Shown here: in pieces, positions 26,585 through 33,806 of the stretch
Numbering within the stretch: the stretch's first letter is position 1
Layout: each line of letters starts with the position of its first letter
Source of the DNA: a virus
Taxonomy: Duplodnaviria > Caudoviricetes
IMG/VR virus record: IMGVR_UViG_3300020044_009484
Span: 1-33,806 of that record
Strand: one strand, 5' to 3'
Length of the DNA: 33,806 bases
Position numbers and translations under genes: made by a program
Notes under the pieces: model-generated
Databases searched by the model: none
What the model was told of the DNA's origin: nothing
What the model saw: the letters and a program-made list of their open reading frames with translations, nothing else

Positions 26585-27250
26585 TCAAGCCATCGGCTTG
26601 TTTTCAAGAACATAAAACTTGGCTGCAAAATTCATCATTGCCGATTGAATCTTGTCGACGATTGCACCAACCGCTGGAAAATCTCTTCCGTATTGCCCTT
26701 GGGTTCCAAATTTCCAGCCGATGTCATCTGCCTTGTTTTGTATGTTGCCAACTCTTTTGACCGCTGAATCACCAGAATTACGAAAATTTCCGACATGATT
26801 GTAAAGTTCGTGAGCCTTATCGCCATTGACTTTCGCAGGGTTCACATGTGCCGTCATAATCTCTTTATGGACAATTGGAGAAATTTCTTTCAAAGCGTCC
26901 AATTCTGGTTTTATTTCGTCTTTGAAGTCTTGACCCATTGGGACTCCACGCTCTGCTGCTGTCGGAGGTCGTAATCCACCATTTTCCTGTTCGACAGCCA
27001 ATTCTCCGTTTGACATGACATGCACTGGAGAGTCAGTAATAAGTCCATGAGTTGACGATGTAGAACCTGATTCTGCTTGGCGAGCGCCCCAACGAGCACG
27101 AGCGGCATAGCGTCCAGCCTCTGAACGGTTACCTCCAAAGGATTGTGCCTTCTCAAGGTGCAACGCATCCTCGGCAGACATCTCATTGCCATCCTCGTCG
27201 ATGAAGGTCAGACCCATCAGTCCGTCGTATTGAAAGTTTTCTTTGCTCAT
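26585..27250 (-). CDS. RWG-tag protein with unknown payload
   Basis: Short acidic leader, then LEKAQSFGGNRSEAGRYAARARWG. Confidence 0.8.
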   Translation of the reverse strand: MSKENFQYDGLMGLTFIDEDGNEMSAEDALHLEKAQSFGGNRSEAGRYAARARWGARQAESGSTSSTHGLITDSPVHVMSNGELAVEQENGGLRPPTAAERGVPMGQDFKDEIKPELDALKEISPIVHKEIMTAHVNPAKVNGDKAHELYNHVGNFRNSGDSAVKRVGNIQNKADDIGWKFGTQGQYGRDFPAVGAIVDKIQSAMMNFAAKFYVLENKPMA

Positions 27251-29577
27251 TCCATTACCACCTTAATGACTTTGGTGTAGTTCGGTCTGTTCCGACCGCC
27301 GAATTGGTTTGGTTCATCACTGATTGCCCAAACTTTGAACTTTGCCTTACGAGGTAATAGTACCTCGTGTTCCGTCTTGTGCATACTTCTTTTACCCAAG
27401 ATAGGGTTCATCGGCAAAACTTTTGTGCCTTTTCTGACCGCAATTTCGAAGCGGATGCCAGTTATTCCGCCCCACTGTTGGGCAAGAGGCAAGGATGTTG
27501 AGGTTGATGTGAATCCCTCGTCAGAGAATGATTCACCGACTTTCAAAAGAGAGAAGAATCGAACCGCTCTTTCGCCGTCTTTATTTCGACCAAAATCCAC
27601 TCCACGGTGAACAATCAAGTCTGTGGGCAGAGGTACGGCTGCTTCGAAAGCACGGTCCACACCAACCGCTGCAGCGGTTCTGTCGTTGCCGTCACGAAGT
27701 TCAGCATTGATTACCTTGCCCCTCATTTGGTATGCGACAACGGAGTCTCGATTTTTCATGGACATGATGCCGTCAGAACCCTCTGGGTACATCGCATCGA
27801 GAATCTGGTTGGCGTCATCTCTGCTACGAAATGGCACTGTTGACGGGTCGAACGCTGGGGTTTCTTCCCCTGCTGTGTTCCCCCAGCGAATTCTGGCGGC
27901 GTATTGGGCTGCTTCTGACCGTGAACCGAAACGACGCTCACGGGCTTTTTCCACTCCGCCAGCGGGTTCAAGGACAAAGGTCAAGGTGAGACCTTCGCCA
28001 GAGATGTTTTGCCACTCGCCGTATTCCCGTTTGACTAATCGCATACGGGTGTTGCGGGGGAGAAGAACTTCTTTCTCTCCTGCGTAGGAATGTTTGGTGC
28101 CAATCATTGTGTTGATGGGCAAGACTTTGCTGCCTTCTGGACAGACAACTTTGAATCTGATTCGGCTTCTAGCGCCGAATTCATCGCCGATTTTGGTGCT
28201 GGTGGAAGTTGAGCCGAACGCTGGGTCGCTAAAGGATTGTCCAACTTTCATTCCGTCAAAGAAGGCAATTGTTGCTTTTCCGTCGTCGGTGAAGTTTTTG
28301 ACATCCAAGCCTCGGTGCAGGACTATTGCCTTGGTTAGTGGTTCTGCAGCCTCAAAAGCGGAATCAATTTGTCCAACCGTTGAATAAGGTCGAATGACTA
28401 CGCCTTCTTTGGCTTGTCCTCGGAGAGCGCCATTGATTGCCCAGCCTTCATCGGTGTATTCCCTGATGGCTGCTTCATGACCTGATGTGAATGGGTAATC
28501 CTCAGAATCAGAGTATGGATACAAACTGTCTAGGTATTGCTCCATCTCGTTGGAGGTGACTTCTCGTACTGAGAGGGGGTCAAACTCTGGTGCTTTCTTA
28601 CCCCAGCGGACCTGTGCGGCATAACGAGCAGCGGCGGAACGGTCCCCGCCAAACGACTGCTTAGCCTTGTCCAGTTGCTCTGATTTGACTGCTGCTGCAA
28701 AACCAGAACCGTCATCAGTTAGCGCCGTTGAGTGAACAATCTTTTTCCCTTCGAAAGTCATTTTCTCCGCTGCGGTCAGCATCGCCGTGGCGATACCTTT
28801 GCGTTTCCAACCGTCAGTGACAGCAATGTGGGTGATTTCAACCTCTCCAGTTGGCTTTCCAACAGTCAAATTTTTACTTCTGCCGTGCAGTTTCAGTTCG
28901 TTCGCATCGAGATACCCAATCTTTTGCCCATTGACATAAGCGTCAACTCGGGCACTTTGAACTCCAAGTCTGTATTCAGGCGTGAAATTTGGGTCATCAG
29001 CCAAAGCGGGCGGTAACCAATTTGGTTCTTTATCATAGTCTCTGTTTCCAGAAGCACGAAGTTGGACCTTGTCGCCATCTTCTGTAATGAATTCAAAATC
29101 GCCGCTTCTAACTTGCTCGTTTCTTTCGCCTTTTCGCTCATAAAATTCGCCAACTTGTGTAATGACTGCTCGGCGAGATTCAGACGGAGATTCTGTTTTT
29201 GTTCGATTACCCCAGCGAACTTGGGCAGCGTGACGACCTGCAGCAGAACGGTCCCCACCAAAAGAAGCCTTCTCGATGTCGTTCGCATCAGGGAAAATCA
29301 AATCGTCGCCGACGGTTACATCTGACTGTGGATTGAGGATGGTCTGGAAATCGGCGACCAGAAACACGGCTTCAGAAATAACGGCGTAAGCGCCCGATTC
29401 GTTATCCAGACTGGGTTTCACCATGATTACGGCTGAGCCGCACGGCAAGTTGTAGCCCTCAGCAATTAGGCGGTCGATGATTGGTTTGACCGTCGGGATG
29501 GTGCATCGCATGGACCCGTTGGACCATTCGGCTTCGTGGAAAACGCCGTCAACTTGGAACTCCCAGATAAGACTCAT
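27247..29577 (-). CDS. Polyprotein: GNAT acetyltransferase + two VIP2/Alt-like ADP-ribosyltransferases, each preceded by an RWG tag
   Basis: GNAT: IAV..GWKRKGIATAML. ART1: INGALRG/LHRG/STST/EKEVLLPR. ART2: INAELR/VHRG/STST/EHEVLLPR (R-STS-ExE). Confidence 0.88.
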   Translation of the reverse strand: MSLIWEFQVDGVFHEAEWSNGSMRCTIPTVKPIIDRLIAEGYNLPCGSAVIMVKPSLDNESGAYAVISEAVFLVADFQTILNPQSDVTVGDDLIFPDANDIEKASFGGDRSAAGRHAAQVRWGNRTKTESPSESRRAVITQVGEFYERKGERNEQVRSGDFEFITEDGDKVQLRASGNRDYDKEPNWLPPALADDPNFTPEYRLGVQSARVDAYVNGQKIGYLDANELKLHGRSKNLTVGKPTGEVEITHIAVTDGWKRKGIATAMLTAAEKMTFEGKKIVHSTALTDDGSGFAAAVKSEQLDKAKQSFGGDRSAAARYAAQVRWGKKAPEFDPLSVREVTSNEMEQYLDSLYPYSDSEDYPFTSGHEAAIREYTDEGWAINGALRGQAKEGVVIRPYSTVGQIDSAFEAAEPLTKAIVLHRGLDVKNFTDDGKATIAFFDGMKVGQSFSDPAFGSTSTSTKIGDEFGARSRIRFKVVCPEGSKVLPINTMIGTKHSYAGEKEVLLPRNTRMRLVKREYGEWQNISGEGLTLTFVLEPAGGVEKARERRFGSRSEAAQYAARIRWGNTAGEETPAFDPSTVPFRSRDDANQILDAMYPEGSDGIMSMKNRDSVVAYQMRGKVINAELRDGNDRTAAAVGVDRAFEAAVPLPTDLIVHRGVDFGRNKDGERAVRFFSLLKVGESFSDEGFTSTSTSLPLAQQWGGITGIRFEIAVRKGTKVLPMNPILGKRSMHKTEHEVLLPRKAKFKVWAISDEPNQFGGRNRPNYTKVIKVVME

Positions 29578-32500
29578 GCTGACGCCATCACTCCCAGAAC
29601 GAACGCCATGTGGTCGTTATCGAAATTGTCTCTGTTGCCGCCAAGCACTTGTTCGAATCCTGTGGTCATAATTTCAAAGGCTGGGTATCGGCTGTTATTT
29701 TCTTGGTCTCGGAAAAGACCCGTTTTGCGTGTTGCCCTGTCATAGCGGCGTCCGCTGTACAGATTCGAGAATGTGTCTCGGTCAAGTTCCAGTGTTTGCC
29801 CGCCTACGGTTTTTGCTCCGACACGAGTTTCACGCTTTGTGGACCTGACACGAGATGTTAAAGATGTGTTCTTTCCGCTGATGTCAAAACCTGTTGTTCT
29901 GTGGGTGATGAACGCCACTTCAAGGGCTGCGATAGCGGGGCGGTAGTGAGTGACGAAGTGTTGGGTTTCGTGTCCAATCACTCGAAGATTGTCTTTTTCT
30001 CCTCTTCCGTTGATGGTTCCCATTGTCGGGATGTTGATGACGGGTTGTGTTACAGAACCTTGCGGGATGCTGAATGAGCCGTTACTGACGCCGACATGAG
30101 AGTTCAGTTGAACATTTGAACCTTTTGTGGCGTTGGTCCAATCGGTTGGCATGACTTTGCCGACTGTTGAGAACGCTCCAAGGGTGTCTTGAAACGCCAC
30201 AGGGCTGGTGGCAAGGGTGTGTGGGGCTGTTGGGGCGAAGTCGAAAGTGCCGCCACATGGTCGAACTTCGGCGACTACCTGCTGCATTGCTTTCGCATAA
30301 GCGTCGTGCAGTTGCTCTTTGTCTGTTTTGTCCAGAGTGCCTGCAGCGATTTGTTGTTTGACACGGTCGACTGCTTCGATGTTCATTTTGTCGCCCAGAG
30401 CAATCGCACGGTCGTGAAGGTCTGCCACTTTTGGTGATGGAATCATCTCTTCGTTGGCGGTGTTGATTTGAATGTCGCCTTTTTCGTCATTCCAAGCGCC
30501 TTTTGCCTTCGGATTTCTGATGCTCATTGGGCTGGACCGTTGCATGTTTTCGAAACTGACCGATTGATTCAGCAGAAACATTTCTTTGCGTAGCGCCTCG
30601 GCTTCCTCTCGCATCGCCTTCATGTGAGGCTTTTCAGCGGGTGTATCACTAGATGTTGTGCCCCAGCGGATACGGGCTGCGTATTGAGCGGCTTCGGCAC
30701 GAGTAGAGAACTTGCGCTTACGACCCTTCTCAACGACCAAAGAATCAACGGCATCCCAGATACGAGCAACAGTGTTATTCAGGTCAACCGTCGACGATTT
30801 AGCAACATCTACTGGGTCAGGAAAAATTTTGAACTTGCCTGCTCCGTCTGTTCCGTCGCCAAGGATGACAATTGGAATTCCTTGTTTTTTAGCGGCTTTA
30901 ACTAACGCTCTGGACGGTTTTGTGCCAGAAAAGGCAATGTAGGAAATGTCCGACAATTTCAAACCGCCGTGGATTTGGGCTTCGGCATAACGAACAGGCT
31001 TGCCTTGTGAAACCTGACTCAGCCATTCACTGGAGTTGGTTGGAGAAGATTCATCTGTCCTCACCCGCAATTGACCCGAGGTAATTCGTCCGTTTACAGG
31101 TGAAGCCGCACGAACATTCTTCAGCGAATCAAAATTGGTGAAAGTGGAGCGGTCACCAACTTGTGGTTTTGCAACAAATTGAACGGTTCCGTACTGACTT
31201 GAACCGTTTGCCCCGCCGTGTTGAATACCCAAAGGATGAAGGCTCGCATAGATAGGGCGACGAGAAGGCTCAGCCAGAGGGTGAACACCAAAACTTGCTG
31301 CTTCGTGGACCGCTCGCATACCAAGGCTTAGTGTTCCACCACTCTGCTTTGTTTCGAACTGCGTGGTGATGTGCCCAGTTTCCAAAATGCTGACAGCGGT
31401 CTTTTCGCTACGAGTCAAAGCAATTTTCTTCATTGGAGAGGCAACTAGAAGTTTTGTGTCGGCAATTGCCTCTGCAGAGCGACCCGCTTCTCTAATTTCC
31501 ATGTGACGCCCCATCGTCGCATTTGCCATTGCGTTAGCAAGATTCTGTCTGTTCTGTTCTTGCTGACCGTTGTAGGTGTAATGATTATCGTAAACATTTG
31601 ATGGATGATTCGGTGGCTTTATTTTCTCTGGCTCAAAAGCAGCCATCAGAGAAAAAGCGTCTCCTGAATCTTTGCTATTGGCATTGGTCTGGTCAGTATC
31701 GAAGCCTCTTTTTTCCAGTGATTTGATTGTTTCTGGAGACAAGCCATCCGAGTTGAGATGTCCGAGGTAATAGGCATTTAGTTCTTTGTGCAAGCGGTAG
31801 TAATCACTTTGTGCGTTTCCAGAATCAATCACCATGGAACCGTTCTCAAGGGCAATTAGACCCTCTTGAAGGTGTGGCGGCATGCCCTCAAAAGTAAATG
31901 GGATGTACGGTGCCCCTGTTGCGATGGCGACATTGACATCCATCGTTGGAGGGGGCAGTGCATCTAAAGCATCGTTTCGTGTTGTCGCATCAGTGCTTCG
32001 GTTGCCCCAACGAATTTGAGCGGCATGACGCCCAGCCTCAGACCGTGAAGCAAATCGGCGTTCACGAGTTTTTTCTGTTGGTTCTGCTGGTTCGGCAACA
32101 ATGTCCCACGGTTGCGAGAACATCGAATAAATGTTGAGAACTGGTATTTCTTTACCAAGTTCGTCGATGACATGACCTGACGGGAATGTTTCCTCAAGCG
32201 GCGTTCCTGCTCGCAGGGTCGTGAACCCTGTTTGATACAAAGAGCGTTCGCCGTCGGTGGCAATCAATCGCATCATGCCGCTCTTGGCAACCTCGGCAGG
32301 TTCAGGAAGAATTTTCATCTTGCCTGTTCGGTCCCTTGGTTCTGTGCCAATCGAAATTACGGGGATGCCATGTTTTGCGGCTCTCTGGACCAAATCACTT
32401 GTTCGTCTGTTTGCCACGATGTAAGCAACATCAGAAAGTCTTACGCCACCATGGATTTGCGCTTCCGAATACTCCGTTCGGTCACCACGCCTAATTTTCC

Positions 32501-33806
32501 CAACTTTGTCCGAGGGATGAATTGGAGCATCTTTGGGGAACTTGCTGTATGGGTGTGCTTGACCCTTGTTGATTGGTCCTCGTACTGGCGAAGGATTGCG
32601 ATTTTGCCCAAGAGAATCAACAACCGAAAATGTTGAGCGGTCCGAAACTTGTGGTTTCATTACCAACTGAATAGTTCCGTATTGGCTTGCTCCCGTGGCA
32701 TACGGGTGTTGAACACCAACAGGATGAAGCGTCGCATAAACAGGTCGACGGTCAGGCAATGTTGCTGGGTGTGTGCCGTAGGCAACGGCTTCATGGGCTG
32801 CTCGACCTTTAGGGTTGTATGCCCCTTGGCTGCTTCTAGTTTCAAACTGAGTGGTGATTCGACCTCCAGTAAGAATTGCTGAGGCACCTGCTTCGGTGAC
32901 CGTCATTGCAATTTTCATTTCTGGGTGAGATACCAAATCTTTGGTGTCTTTTAGAGCCTCTGCCTCTTGACCGATGAGATACTGATTTTCTCTGTGACGA
33001 ATAACTGTTTGACGAGCCATGCTGCTGGCAAGGTCAAGGCGCTCACTAGCACGGTCTTGGTCTGCTTGTGTTCCTGTATTCGGCTTGAATTGCTGATAAT
33101 GCTTACCGAATTTTCTCATTTCGGCTTGATTCTCTGGAGAAATGTTGTCTGGACTCAACACTTTTGAGTAGTAAGCAGTGAGTTTTGCTTCAAGCACCAG
33201 TTCTTCGGTGTACGGCAGACTGCTCGTTTCTGTTTTAAGCAGACCCTCTTGAATGTCTGGGGGGAGACTTTCAAACAAAAGCGGTTTGTATGGAGCGCCA
33301 GTCGTAATTGCCTCGTTGACATCGTCGGTCGGCTCCATTGGAACACCATTCGATGCTGCAGAAGCGTTCGCATTGGGAGTTGTAGTCCCCCATCGAATTC
33401 GTGCAGCGTATCGAGCGGCTTCTGCTCTCGAAGCGAATTGCCTCTTACGACCTTTTCCCAATGGTTCGTCTGGAGTATCAATGATTTCCCAAGAATCATC
33501 TCTAAACATCGCATAGATGTTCTTAACTGGGATAATCACGCCCTCTTCGTCAACAACATGACCTGTTGGGACGGTTTCCTCAAGGTCCGTGCCTTGTTCG
33601 TCGTGAATCTTTTGCAGACTCGTGAATTTGTTCGCTAGGTTCTGCGCTTTCGCCGTGGACTCTTTCAGTGCGTCCACGCCCTCCCATCGCCGCCCGGTGA
33701 ACTTTGCGGAATTGAACTTCCAAAACTTCGCGAGCGGCAGAGCGACCGCCTGAGTAGTCAACGCCATCTTCAACCACTCCGCGAAGATGCGGCGCTCAGC
33801 AGTAGA
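29574..33806 (-). CDS. Large polyprotein: two DUF3626-like domains + HExxH domain, each preceded by an RWG tag (5' end beyond window)
   Basis: The frame stays open past TTG 33773 to the window edge (STAERRIFAEWL). Duplicated TQFET..S.G / RP.YA.L / QYG / Y.EAQIHGG domain; GHETQH..YSGR.Y..FEIMTTGFE at the C-terminus. Confidence 0.8.
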   Translation of the reverse strand, partial: STAERRIFAEWLKMALTTQAVALPLAKFWKFNSAKFTGRRWEGVDALKESTAKAQNLANKFTSLQKIHDEQGTDLEETVPTGHVVDEEGVIIPVKNIYAMFRDDSWEIIDTPDEPLGKGRKRQFASRAEAARYAARIRWGTTTPNANASAASNGVPMEPTDDVNEAITTGAPYKPLLFESLPPDIQEGLLKTETSSLPYTEELVLEAKLTAYYSKVLSPDNISPENQAEMRKFGKHYQQFKPNTGTQADQDRASERLDLASSMARQTVIRHRENQYLIGQEAEALKDTKDLVSHPEMKIAMTVTEAGASAILTGGRITTQFETRSSQGAYNPKGRAAHEAVAYGTHPATLPDRRPVYATLHPVGVQHPYATGASQYGTIQLVMKPQVSDRSTFSVVDSLGQNRNPSPVRGPINKGQAHPYSKFPKDAPIHPSDKVGKIRRGDRTEYSEAQIHGGVRLSDVAYIVANRRTSDLVQRAAKHGIPVISIGTEPRDRTGKMKILPEPAEVAKSGMMRLIATDGERSLYQTGFTTLRAGTPLEETFPSGHVIDELGKEIPVLNIYSMFSQPWDIVAEPAEPTEKTRERRFASRSEAGRHAAQIRWGNRSTDATTRNDALDALPPPTMDVNVAIATGAPYIPFTFEGMPPHLQEGLIALENGSMVIDSGNAQSDYYRLHKELNAYYLGHLNSDGLSPETIKSLEKRGFDTDQTNANSKDSGDAFSLMAAFEPEKIKPPNHPSNVYDNHYTYNGQQEQNRQNLANAMANATMGRHMEIREAGRSAEAIADTKLLVASPMKKIALTRSEKTAVSILETGHITTQFETKQSGGTLSLGMRAVHEAASFGVHPLAEPSRRPIYASLHPLGIQHGGANGSSQYGTVQFVAKPQVGDRSTFTNFDSLKNVRAASPVNGRITSGQLRVRTDESSPTNSSEWLSQVSQGKPVRYAEAQIHGGLKLSDISYIAFSGTKPSRALVKAAKKQGIPIVILGDGTDGAGKFKIFPDPVDVAKSSTVDLNNTVARIWDAVDSLVVEKGRKRKFSTRAEAAQYAARIRWGTTSSDTPAEKPHMKAMREEAEALRKEMFLLNQSVSFENMQRSSPMSIRNPKAKGAWNDEKGDIQINTANEEMIPSPKVADLHDRAIALGDKMNIEAVDRVKQQIAAGTLDKTDKEQLHDAYAKAMQQVVAEVRPCGGTFDFAPTAPHTLATSPVAFQDTLGAFSTVGKVMPTDWTNATKGSNVQLNSHVGVSNGSFSIPQGSVTQPVINIPTMGTINGRGEKDNLRVIGHETQHFVTHYRPAIAALEVAFITHRTTGFDISGKNTSLTSRVRSTKRETRVGAKTVGGQTLELDRDTFSNLYSGRRYDRATRKTGLFRDQENNSRYPAFEIMTTGFEQVLGGNRDNFDNDHMAFVLGVMASA

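Larger units (their letters stand above)
484..29511 (-). repeat. Dispersed strand-biased DNA motif ATGCGATGCAC (core ATGCGA)
   Basis: Exact 11-mers (GTGCATCGCAT on +) at 484, 1486, 10508, 13221, 20534, 23079 and 29501, plus many TCGCATC copies in the same orientation. Confidence 0.85.
21060..33459 (-). repeat. Dispersed coding repeat, 12 copies of the RWG tag
   Basis: Approximate positions: 21060-21128, 21636-21692, 22234-22310, 24475-24545, 26195-26258, 27086-27155, 27880-27952, 28600-28671, 29209-29275, 30660-30732, 32004-32076, 33387-33459. Confidence 0.92.

Noticed and set aside
21060-33459. RWG repeats as a CRISPR array or DNA repeat element
   Set aside because: Spacing is irregular (0.6-2.2 kb), all copies are in frame, and they vary at synonymous positions, so the repeat is a protein motif.
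33771-33773. TTG 33773 as true start of the 1399-aa ORF
   Set aside because: The frame is open to the window edge, so the gene probably starts further upstream. A GGAG 4 nt before this TTG (10 nt before ATG 33767) means a start here cannot be excluded.
23374-33806. Inteins or introns explaining the multidomain proteins
   Set aside because: No intein C/S..HN-C/S/T junctions or homing endonuclease motifs were recognised, and the frames are uninterrupted.
1-33806. tRNA, rRNA, integrase, transposase, terminase, portal, endolysin
   Set aside because: None recognised in this window. Terminase and portal probably lie beyond the high-coordinate end.

Overview
Morphogenesis region of a tailed (siphovirus-type) phage, all genes on the minus strand. 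The host is probably actinobacterial, inferred from an Rpf-like lytic transglycosylase. In transcription order (high to low coordinate): a ~13 kb block of nine-plus tightly coupled multidomain genes, then a small island with its own sigma70-type promoters, scaffold, decoration protein, major capsid, a neck/fibre module, adaptor/stopper/neck/terminator, a Com-like Zn finger, Rpf, two paralogous tail-tube genes, a frameshifted tail chaperone, tape measure, a large tail-tip protein, a holin-like protein and a secreted PA14 protein. The standout is the 20.6-33.8 kb block. Unrelated payload domains (2 ADP-ribosyltransferases, GNAT, zeta-like kinase, ParB-like, 2 DUF3626-like, HExxH, unknowns) each follow a shared ~20-aa tag, F(GGN/D|xS/T)RSxAxxYAAxxRWG (12 copies). 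The tag usually sits just after a hydrophobic-x-K|A/S/G site, and the XkdF-type prohead protease is embedded in the same block. I infer a modular, protease-matured, virion-delivered effector system. A strand-biased DNA motif ATGCGAT(GCAC), which also marks three candidate late promoters followed by similar structured leaders, is a second unexplained signal. All family assignments come from motif recognition by eye; no searches were run.
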